This document shows positions 48,352 through 60,800 of a stretch of DNA of 64,000 nt, one piece after another. Made by a program: the position numbers and the translations under genes. Origin of the DNA: Tubiluchus corallicola (taxonomy: Eukaryota > Animalia > Priapulida); the NCBI GenBank assembly GCA_030141605.1, contig JAQGDQ010000393.1, positions 154,148 through 218,147 on the forward strand. The letters are read 5' to 3'. The notes under the pieces were generated by a model. The model had not been told where the DNA came from. It was given only the letters and a program-made list of their open reading frames with translations, and did not search any database. Numbering within the stretch: position 1 is the stretch's first letter; each line of letters begins with the position of its first letter.

Positions 48352-49969
48352 TATATATATATATATATATATATACTTAGCCAGTTATTTAGCTTATAGG
48401 GTTCTGTTTTAGCTTGTTAAAATAATTATTCTGTTACCTTTTTGGGGTTAACTAACCGAGTTGGAAGTTTTTGCTATCGTCGTAACCGTTTTTCATGACT
48501 TTATTTTTCAGGAAGTTCTTGAAAAAACAAAATAGTAGTATTAATAATCTTTTGTTTAACATTTTGGATTGTTACTTTGATAATAATAACTGCAGTTGTA
48601 AAAAATTTCGTCGAGCACTTGCCGGGATAAGTGTTTATTATTGCTTGGTAGCTGGATGACGTCATATTTTGTTCCAAATGAGCGCCCAAGCGTAAAACAA
48701 TTGCGATTTTTAATTAGTTTTGCTAGTTACAGGAGACAAAAGTTTATCGTAATTTTACAGCTGATATTTGGAATGATATGAGGTTTTTCTCAAGCATTAA
48801 AGTTAATTTAACTTCCCAAGATCCTTGGCTTTTCTTTTAAGAAATAGATCGATCTGCAAACAGGTCCACAACTCTGCAAATTTGAAAAACATGTTGTTGA
48901 GCAGAGTTACAGTTGCCAGTATAACTCTGCAGATCCATGACCCAACTATAATAGTGTATAAATGTGGTCACAATGTGTGCATGGCTACAGTTGTAAAGCA
49001 GCACCAAACCCGATCAGTAGGTGGACAGGTGACTGCTCATAAATAAAATACCCATATGCATTTTTTCAAATTACCTCTTTGATTTCTTTTTCGTTGTAGG
49101 AATACTTTTTACAGATATGTTTTTTCTTAAAATTGCTACTTCGACGGAACACTTCTTAGACATCTAAACGTGGAAAAATAATTCCAAATTAAAAAGGGAT
49201 TTGGATAGTTATCGAAGAAACATGTACTGTTGAACAACCCTGTCTTATTTGACTATGGTCCAGATTTAGGCATTGCTTTTGGTATAATATCTATCCAGCA
49301 AATTTCATGACTCTAGTTTATATATGTATATATATGGAAATCGTTAAACCAATCTCACTTATAGATATTGGATGTGCCAGGTTGCCATAGAATACTACCA
49401 TCACATATAAAAAGATTTAGCCCTACACAACACCGTAAGAAGAACTGATTCTTCTTTATTGCTTGAACAACTCAAATAATGACTGTTGCATGAACTAGTT
49501 AAGAAATACAATTAGTCAGTTTTTGTGGGTCCTTACCCCGACTATATACGCTGCAAGTTCCTTGATTCTAACTTACACACTATAGAGATTTTCAAGCCGG
49601 CCTCGTTTCAGACAGTGGTTCTACTAATCACAGGACCGCCTGAGCAAACAAAAAGAAAACTCAAATTTGTGTTACGACACCAGTTACCCATGCAGAATCT
49701 TGTAAAATTAAAAAGTTGGGCACTTCGATAAATAAGAATATTTTAAGATTAACCTTATTATCTTCTACACTTCATGTAGTGATTTCTCTCAAGTTTGGTG
49801 CATTAGTACAACACACGCCTTTCACACATTTGTAGCTGATAACAAAAGCACACACACAGTTTGCTTTACCACAATCTAAATTTGGTGGTTGTACACTTTC
49901 AATTCATATTTTGCACAAAAAAATGAATTGCAAAGAAATGCATTCGACTTTGAACTTTAGTCTGAGAAG

Positions 49970-50140
49970 GTTTGGGGCCTAAAAACCAGATCCCAAATGT
50001 CTGAAGCTCATATTACCTAGGACCCAAATGTCAGTGGCAAAATTGTCTAGGGCCTAATATCAGTCACCCAAATGTCTGGTACCAAATATCATGTGCCCAA
50101 GTATTGGTCTCTAGATCTCTAGGCTCAAATTATCTGAGTG
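49970..50140. repeat. Degenerate ~15-bp periodic array, like the subterminal repeats of a DNA transposon end
   Basis: Repeated CC(C)AAATGTC(T) units at ~15-bp spacing. Confidence 0.45.
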
Positions 50141-51087
50141 TCCTAGAATTAGTGTGTGAAGTGTTGTGGTTTTTCACTTAATACACTCATATCTTGGATT
50201 GCCGTAGAAAACCGGGGGGGGGGGGGGGAGGAGGGGGGACGTCGGTTCAAATTTTCAAATTGTCCGTATTTTCCAATATTAAGCTGATACAGTAGGCATG
50301 GTAATGTAGAGAGAATCAATCACCTACTTGTCGCAAAAACATATAGTTAGGGCCGCTTCTATGCAAAAGTATATAAAAAACTGTCAACATTTGAGTGAAA
50401 TAACTCAACATAATTGATTCTATATTTTTATACATAGAGATATACACAGAGTTACACTGATATATGTGATATAAACAAAGTGACGGCCCTCCAACAAGCG
50501 GTCACCTCGCGAAACAAAGGACTGTGTCTGTATTATGTGGGACTTTTAGCAGACCAGATTCTGTCCAAATTTTCCGATATCCGTAGAAGTGAGTTCCAGC
50601 AAACCGAGAGTACATAGCTAGAACAAATGAGACTATACCAAAGTGACAGCTTGTGGATCAGCTTTAAAAATTCGGTGATAAGGATGCTGCCAGGTGTTTT
50701 GCTACAATTAATTGTCATAATTCTGAGCTACTCTGCCATTTCCAGGTTTTTAATATAATGATAACTGGCAGTTAATGCACAGACTGCATTCGAAGACCAT
50801 AGTTCAGACTCCATTTTGAAGTTATTTCTTCCTCACTTTCATAACTAAAATTCTAATATCCATATTTCTGATAGTTTCTGCGTTTATAAAGAAGTTAACT
50901 AAGAGAGCTTTTTTTAGTTCAATTAACATACTTTTTAGATGGGACAACGCTCTAACAAAGCAAGCAATCTTTACACATGTCATATTAATTTTGTCGAGCT
51001 ATTGTTATAGGTCGTGTGGTGGCACCAGTTCATCTTTATCTATGAATTTCTGTTTTTTGTTTAGGACTCGGATATCAAATTTCTGCA

Positions 51088-54000
51088 ATGAATGTTGCAG
51101 CTTTGTGGAGAAAAGACACTCAAAGTCCCCCAACACAAGGAGCAACCAGAAACAGTGAGTTTCAGTATTAATATTTTTATTTTCGTAAATACCAGCATGT
51201 TTTGTTGTTTATGATTTACCTACTATATCGTTTAGAGTCCAAAGTTCAATTTTAATGATAATCTTTCATTAAACAGGTCTAGTAACTGTGTAGTTTTTCT
51301 AGTTTTAAGAATGCTCATTAATTATTTGCAACACTGACTTAACTCTTATAACGAATATAATTTAATGAAGATGTAATTTAATACTAGTTCTATGTCTAAC
51401 CAAAAAAGTTTTCCTACACCATGCTTAGAATTTTTAATCTCTTGAATCATCGCATACTTAACGCTATTCTTATTACATTTAAGCAACTGGACATTTGCTG
51501 TTTTTTAAGGTGAGTGTGTTAATGACCGTATGGTCGTACACTCACCTCACACTACTCAAATCATTTTATTTATTGTTTATTAATGTGTACAATATTATAT
51601 TTTGATGTGTGAAAATAAATTCATAAGGAAAATACTATGCAATAAATGTGATTTGGTTGTATATATGTCAAATTCGTCCAATGACGAATACTGTAGTGCA
51701 ACTGCATTTTCCCATTATTTCATATTTGCAATAGGACTAACGGTTAATTAAATTTTTACAATATCTTTTTAATTCTTTTTAATGAACCTTATTAATTGTC
51801 AAATTCTGCTATCATTTTAATGAATATAATAAAAACTGATGCATTTGCAAAACTATTGTCAATCTTGCCCTTTGTTATTTTCCTTGCTGAGTCGTTTGTG
51901 AATTTGTTACCTGCTCTTAACTAAGTTTGATATTTGCCAGCTTTTTGTTTCTTGCCTGCGTGCCAGGGCTATTCAAGCGAAAACAAAAAGACCATAAACT
52001 GAACAGTTACTGTACATTGTTAGTTTTATTTTGCGTAATCATGTTTTATTGGAGGCGGCAAGGTAATCGGTTTTAAAGCAAAACTAATAATTTTGCAATA
52101 AATATTTGAAGGGTGTTTATTGATCAGCTAGCGTTTGGAATTTCTTTTAACTGCGTGTCCATGCAGATACTCACTTGAGCAGTATAGACTGTATAATAAA
52201 AATATATGCTGGTAAAATTAATAATTAAATTTTATTGAATAAAGGCAGGATATTTTGCCAATGCTTAAATTAATGCCTAGAAAATTATAAGCAGCTGCTG
52301 GTAGTTTGAATGTTACACATCAAAATGCATAACAGTAGATCAGCATTGATAATAATTTAATGAGATACATTATATAAATTATGTAATTGTAGTGCATATA
52401 ATTACAATAACTTAGCTTGTCATTGTCACATTTCAACTCCACAGAACAGTCAATTTAATAGGCAATAATTATAACAAAGTATGCCAATGTAAAACTTATC
52501 GGAATAGAAATACATGTATTAATTAGATAGCTGCCATTTATTCTAAAACCTAGATACATGCCATAGAGACTAGTCAAATCAAGTTTTTGGGCATTATCCT
52601 CCACGAAAATCTTGATTGGAATTTTCATGTAAATATGATCAGACTTAAAATAGCTAAAAATATAGGTATAATAACATACATTCCAAACTCCCTAACTCAA
52701 TTTCACTAAATAACCTTATATAACACATTAGTCTTACCATACCTTTCCTACATAAATATACTTTGACGTAATACTGCATGACCAACTTAAATCCTCTTCA
52801 CAGCTTGCAACGTAAATTCATATGCACCCTGTACAGACTCTCCAAATTCAGTTCAGTTACTAAATCATGCAATAGTGAGTGTAGAATACTAATAATTGGT
52901 GATCTGGTTTCCTATAACACAGCCATTTTTGTTTATAAGACTAACAATGGCATATTCCCTACATATTTCAAGAATCCTGTAATTAAGAATGTCAAATCAC
53001 ATAATACTCGCTATAATGATTACCAACTCAGTTTCTGCAGAACCAGTATTGCAAAACATTTCATTAGCCATAGTGGACCTAAATTAGTCTCGATAACTAC
53101 CTATTGTTCCTGTGTGACACAGCAGTCATAACGTTCTGTTCTTTTTGAGTAGAATCCAGAGTGCTTCGTCATCTCATGAGCCGAATCTCCACAAGCCACT
53201 CTTCCTACCCTTTTGAACATTCTTTTATTCATCACTTCTATCCTTACTTTGCACAATTCTTTTTTAAAATTGCCTAAAAACCTTCGTTTTTTTGTTCTTT
53301 TTTTCTCATTATTTGGACGTGTTTATCATGGTGCAAGCACCTAACAAGTTTTACTTCTGGTTCTTGCCATTTATTATATGCACGCTGTCATATAATCATT
53401 ATTATTAATATCTTTTTTTTCCCAGTGTTTCTTGATATTGTATTTGTATTTACACTTCCAAATAAACTTATTATTATTAAAAAAATTAAATGTCTTTGTT
53501 CTTTCATTAATACAACAAAATTTGGAAAAACTGGCACAATTTGTAAAATCAAAGATGCCGATAATGAAATAAACGAACATAATGGATGTAGATTAGACTC
53601 ATTAATTTTAGTTCTACATCAATTGTTGTTTAGTCCCCATTCCTATAGTACCTTACAGACTAATTGTTTTCATACGAGAGTATGAAGAGAGACATTATCT
53701 CTATTTTGGCATTACTGTTGTTTAGTCCCCATTCCTATAGTACCTTACAGACTAATTGTATTCATACGAGGGTATGGAGAGAGACATTATCTCTATTTTA
53801 GCATTACTAACAGAGAGTAAAACATGCATTCATAGCACACTAGATAGGTAAACTACTCCAGTAGACGTGTCTGATAACGTCTTCATGACCGCTTTGTGGC
53901 ATACAACATGTAGTGAACTTTCACTAGTTAAGTATGAAAAATGGGACACATTCTTAAACTGCTTTTGTTAAATAGGTCATGGTATTTCTGTTTCGTGTTT

Positions 54001-57000
54001 AATGTTATAGTACATGCTTTCATTAAGTGTTCAGCTGTATGCGACAATTTCGTTGTTATAAATGAAATTAATTGTTATAATATTATGTACATAATATATA
54101 ATTCTTTGATGTTAGCCAACCTATGTGCGTGATTAAGTTGGACAAGTTTAACTACATATGGTGACTCCTACTGGCTTCTAAGAGATAATTTTTCTGTCTT
54201 AATATATCAGTTGTCCTAAAAATGCATCCACGTTTACACTACGGTAATTATCTTACAAAGTAGAAGTTTCACAGTGTGGCAATACAATGCATTGTGGCAA
54301 AAGTTACAAATTTATAACTTTAGTGTTTTTAACTTATGGCCTAAGCTTTGTTGCATTTTAAAAAATCAGATGCTAGAATAATGTCAGCTTATTATCAACA
54401 AACAGCCATGTTGACAGATAAAGCACTCAATACCAGGCAGTAAAACAATAAAGAAATCAACCAGTTTACATCCTGGTTTTCATCACTGAAAGTAAATAAA
54501 GCACTTTTAAGGATCGTTGTCAAAAGTGGGGCTCAAGGTTTTTTTTTACGTGTATGGCCCATGGAGAATTTTGATACACAATTTCCCATATTCAATGTTT
54601 TTCCATTAAAAATCAGTCTCGTCAAAACACAACACACCCCACAACCCAACCCACAAAACCCCTGGGCAGGAGTCTCCTAGTCTTGTAAGAACATCAAGGC
54701 ATCCATGAACCACGCATTTGACACATACAGGGTCTTCAGTTCCTGCACCTGATTTGGCACTTCTGTCTATTTTTCGAAGTTCATTCTGGAAATTCGTTCT
54801 AAAGGTGTTCAGCCTCCTGTTTAGATCTTCTACCATGGCAGAAGTGAAAAACTCACGATATTTCTTCATGTATGCAGCGGCTTTCTTGTCTCGATTACTG
54901 TAAATCGGGCAACTTAATTTTCCACAGGGCTGGCCAGGTCTTGTACACATTTATCACTTCAATAAGAACCTTCTTTTCTTCCTCTTTCTTCCCAGACATG
55001 GTGATCCTCACACCTCGTCGGTCGCGTACGAAATGAAATTTTGTTCAAAATTTTGACGGGAGCCCAAACACGTATCGAAATATTGACATCAAGAAATATC
55101 AAAGCTGGTTTGATATCAAAATCAATGCTTTTTTTGACGTAAAAACGACCCCATACACGGTCAAAATTTCATATCAAAATTTTGATTCAAAATTTCATGT
55201 CAAAATTTTGATACAAAATTTAGATTGATTAGATTTTTTTGAACGTGTATGGAGCCGAGCCCCTTTTATTCTCTGGGTTACAGTGTTTGGAATTCCTTTC
55301 AAAAGAAAGTGTATGCCGGTTGTACAGAACCGTTTGAGGAAGAGAAACTAAAGGCAAAAGTTGTTGAATGCTGACACCAAATACCCCTTAAAAAAGTGAG
55401 AAACTACGTTGGAAAAACATTTTCGTCTAGATTGCATTTAAAATGGTGGTCAATAGAGTACTTGGTGTAAATTTTAATAATGATAACATATTAGTTTTCA
55501 AAAAAGTCCATTATTTTCTTTTATAATATCATAATCAAAACTTTGGTGCACTTTTTGTGATTTTTTTGTAAAACAAAGCTTAGAAAACAAGCCAGCATTT
55601 GCATTTGTTATCTCTCATTTTGAACCATCTCATCAGCAAAGAGTCAATTAACACAGATTAGTTGGATTAGTGTTATGGATTATCTGATTGCTAAACGCAA
55701 GTTACTGCACACAGACATAATGTCTGACCCAGTTTGCCATTTATGTGTAATGATGGGCAGTTTGAATTAGCCTTAAGCTAGGACAGAACACTATCTTTTC
55801 GGTGTTGGTATCCATAATAGTAGAGGTTTGTTTAGAGATTCCAAGAAAAAATGTATGTGGTAAACAATGCTTGGTAAACAATCTAGATATCATTGTTGCT
55901 GGCTGTAGTCATTTAAAAAACTAATGGTGAATACATAACGATTGTTTCTGGCTGAATTTCATATTAATTGTTTTTGGTTAAGAAGGTGAAACACTTATTG
56001 TTATCTAGTGTTTCAAAAAAAGAACTATTGATGATTGAGTCACTGTGCATCTTTTATGGGATGCAGTATGCAGGTCTGATAAATAAAATCTGTTTGGGAC
56101 TATTCACCAAAATCAAAAGCCACTACCCCAGTTCTTCACACCCTTCGTCTCACTGCCATCTCCCCCCGTTCGTTGAAATAGTCATTCTTATTCTTCAACA
56201 CAGCCAAGTTCATTACAGTACTTGTAATAGTTGTATTATAATAATGAATGCGCCTAATTTGACACCCCTTGTGCAATTAATGGAATCGACCATAAACGCC
56301 CTCTAGCGATGGTAATGCTCGGATGCTAGCAGTCGGAGAGTGGTGGTGGGTAAACCCGGATATTTCTCTTCACGATTTCTGGATATATTTGCTTTTGTGG
56401 CTTGCACCGCTGCCTTGATGTAAACACGTCTTCGCCTAGCCAGTTTTTAGCTCGTTAAAAGTATGTTTTTCTTCTTTTCGGACATTCCGACATTGATAGT
56501 TAAACGCTAGGTAGTTCTGGAGCGTCTTAATTAAACGTGCATTTTTCGAATTCGATGTTTTTTTCTGGAGATGCGTCAGAATAAATTGTATCGTAATATT
56601 AGTAGTGAAGGTGCAAAAAACGGTAATTAAGTGTACCACAATAATTATACCATTTTTTTATAACTTGCTGTATTAATTTTGATGCTGATTTTTTATAGTT
56701 ATGAAATTCGAAAAGTTAAATTTATTGTGATATACCATCAAAACAGCCATAGTGTGTTCTTACAAGCTAGCTTGATATGGATAGAGCTTAGAAGTTCAAG
56801 GCGGAGTGAGATATTATGGAATGGGCACTTCAAAGTCTGATAATAGAGATCGGTTATCAATTATTTCTTATGATTTTTCTTTTCCAATTTTTTAAGTACC
56901 CTGGACGCGTGCCTTATCACAAATAATAGTAATTTTTCCGTGTTCAATTACAATATGTAAACTTGTTGTTAAAACTGCATAGTAAGTATCTGTTGTTATT

Positions 57001-57585
57001 TTATTAGTGGTTACAGTTTTGTAGCTTTGCAACTTCTTGGTAGACGAAAGGAAAATGTGTGAAAAAACAAAAATGTAGGATGTATAGACTATCTTTTTTA
57101 CGAATTTCTTTTGCCTCATAAAACTGTTTAATTTTTGCTATATCAATTACTATAACTGCATAATATTATGTAAACGCACGATGTACCTGTTTGGAACGTG
57201 CGCTACTGCTACTAATAAAGTACTATGGAACAGGACGTTAATGGTAATACGTTTGTGCATTATCCATGGTAATTAACTGTATTCCTTACGCGTGTCACGT
57301 TTTAAACGACACTGTTACTTTTTAGAAACTTCAGAACCGGATTTGTTTGACACATTTTTTGAGTCCTTGAAAAACTGCAGCTCAGTGACGCGACAGATTT
57401 TTAAACTGTCACTATCTTAGATAAGTGAAGAAAATTCCACCTAGTCAGCAAAATTCTTGCTTGTTCAGTAATTATTAACAAATGCATGTTGACGTAATTT
57501 ACGTAATGACGTAAGCTGTTCTTTAAATTTCAAGTTTAGCTTTCACCTGTAACCAAAAAAAACTGTCACCAAGGAATTACATGCT

Positions 57586-57658
<73 letters not shown>

Positions 57659-57704
57659 ACTACTGCTACTACTGCTGCTACTACTGCTGCTACTACTGCT
57701 ACTG

Positions 57705-57742
<38 letters not shown>

Positions 57743-57785
57743 ACTACTACTGCTACTGCTGCTACTGCTACTGCTACTGCTACTG

Positions 57786-57854
<69 letters not shown>

Positions 57855-60800
57855 ACTACATTTACTACAAGTGAGATGATCCTATTTAGACATGTGCATT
57901 GACTTCGAGTGGTCCCCCTTTTGGCCCAGAAAAAAATCCAGACGAAATCCAGATTCACCTTGAACCAACTCTTGAAAGCCAATGAGTGACACTGACTAAC
58001 ACCCCCAACAAAATCAGCCACTCTGGTAGTATGCGTTACCCAAGCTTTGATTGTCTAACTCATTTCAGTTTTCTGAAGTGTAATTGACCTTTGTATCTTT
58101 GGACAGTCCAGTCAAAGTCACCGCCTGCACCCATTTGTTTATGTTTTGTTGTCCAACTGTGTGCTGTACAGCTTTGGTAAACATTTGCGGTTTTTTTGTT
58201 CACTTTTTCAATTCTTCACTGACTGTGTGTACACGACAATGGCACTACTGATTACTGCTGGCAAATCTACATTAAAATCGAATTTAATGTTAATTTAAAA
58301 GGGTTAATTTAAAACGACAGGTTATTTGATATCAGTCTCGTACCAGTAGCCATTGCTTATTGCTTTAACTGCAAAATTGTCGAGCATTTTTCCCGATTTT
58401 TTTTTAAATGATAAAAGTGAGCTTTATACTTCTGAAAATACTAAAAATAGGTTGGCTAAGCTGTATTTGATTTTGATAAACGACACATTCCTGATTATGT
58501 ATTGCACAAATTAGGCATTTTTGTAGCAAAAAGTTGCTACAGGCTTTAGTGTTCAACTTACGAAAAGCATGGCTGAACGTCATCATATACCCTTTATGGG
58601 ATTTTGTCTGCACTTGAACAAGAGTCATATTGTAGTCAATGAAATATTTTTGTTGAAGTGTCCTAGTTATTCGTTATGAGTCTTTTGTACAACTTGGCAC
58701 GGAAATTTATAAAACGGTGTAAAATTAAATTTAATCCAGTGTGTCAAGCAGCACACTTGGATTACTGAATTTCAGTGCCTTGTGTTAAGCCACTATTATC
58801 GATTAACAATACATTTATTAATACTTAAGCTTTAAAGTAAAATACGTTTGTAATAGAATTCATTCATTGATCTGGTTGTGTTTGTACAGACAGATGAGGT
58901 GCTGGATTTATCAGTTTGTCTATCGATAAATTTTGGTGCAAAATTAATAAAAAAAAACAGTGAGCAAATTTATTTTATATCAACTAGTTAATATATTTAA
59001 ATAGCGTTATAGTTACATAGCAGCTTTGTTGCTTGTACAAGTATTTGTACTTTGCAGGTACAGGTGTAACTAGTTTAGTAGAAGAATTTTATTAAAAAAT
59101 GACCCAGGAAAAATCTCTTGGAGATTAATTATTCATTAATATTAATTCATTTTGATTACCCCTAAGTTAAATTCTTTTATTTTACATTGGTGTATTCAGC
59201 ACTTGATGGGAGATGTTGATAGTTGTTACAGGACGGGAACCTGCTCATTATCCAAGATGATCCTCCGTGATGAAATACCGAACTGGCAGAGGAGTCTTAG
59301 CTACCTACATCCTCCTTCAAAGAGACATTACCGTTTATAGATGATATTTTGCCCTCTCATAAACAATCCCAGAAGGGACTTATTAAGTTTTATTTTACGT
59401 GTTTAAATAACAGTAATCACATTATTCATTATTGTGCTGAGCATGCTCAGTATTGTTACAGTTCAGTTATGGGATACAACTTAGTGTCAATCACTAACCA
59501 ATATGGAATTGATTGTTCTTGTCTTGAGTTTGGATCAAAAGTACCGCATCTCATTACTGATAAAATGCTTAATATCACTGATAATTAGCTGGCAGTTATT
59601 ACATTTATAAAGGAAATTTTATGGAGTGTAGAAATCAAGTATTTTTATTTGTCTAGGAGGTCTGAACTATATGAAATTTTAAATTATTTGACCATTTGTT
59701 GAAACCAAATTGATAAAATAATTGATGCTATGGTTTTTTCCTTATTATTATTATTTTTTTTACTTTGCTCTAACAAATTAACAAACTTTTTTTTCTTTTA
59801 ACATGTACAACTTGAACTAATTTATTGTAATTCTAATCATTTGTTGTTTTCCTTACATGTTTATTGTACCGCAAACGAGTACGAATAAAATGGTATAAAT
59901 AAATAGCTGCAGGTGGAGAGAGTATGGCATGTCACACTGCCCAGAATTGGTTTTCTGGTCATCGCCAATTTGTTTACTAACCAGGCCTAGCTTTGTTTAA
60001 CTTTGGTTGCTACTCACATCCTTCGTGACCACTTTTTCATTTTTCATGACGAGCAAAACCTGTAATAATTACAGAAGTACATTAAGTGGTGTTGATGCGT
60101 AATTAGTTTTTGATTAGCGAGCAACAATAGTGGGTTGTTACTATTTGTAATGTTATTTTCTATTACGTGTGCAGATATGGAAAACATGATTAGAGTCAAT
60201 GACATTGTGACAGTATTCTGTCTTTAGCTGCCTGAGATACAATGATTAGTTAAGCATATCAGAGATAACCAAAGTCCGATTTCCTTCTATTTTAATATCA
60301 TATAGTTAATCCACTCCCTTCTATTTTAATATCATATAGTTAATCCACTCCCTTCTATTTTAATATCATATATTATATTATATGTTGTTTATTCATTTTA
60401 GTGACAAGAAAATGGGTTCATCCACCGGAGGTGTTACTCCGCGGTCATATCGTGTATCTTGTAAAGGTAATAGTGAATTAATGTTAATTAAAGGTGAAAT
60501 ACGGGCATAATAACAAATCATCAGAAAATGTGAAAATGTTATTAGGCTTCTAGATTCATTTTGATACTAGAATTTCATTACTACAACAGGAGTTTTTTTT
60601 ATAATGAATATTTCAGTTTTTAGTCATTAGTGTCATAAGCTGAATTAATGCATCCAACTTATTATGTAAGGTATTTATTATTTTTACATTTTTTACAATA
60701 ATAATATATATATTGTAATACTTATTATTATATATGGTAAATGGTTTATAATTGCTTTAATTGTACTGCTTAGTTGTTACCTCTAAATTTAACAACTGCC

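Noticed and set aside
57566-58021. Poly-Ser and poly-Ala/Thr ORFs
   Set aside because: Translations of the CTG/CTA microsatellite; no splice or homology support.
58890-58898. Candidate 9-nt microexon ACAGATGAG in GULP1
   Set aside because: In the required phase it introduces a TGA stop.
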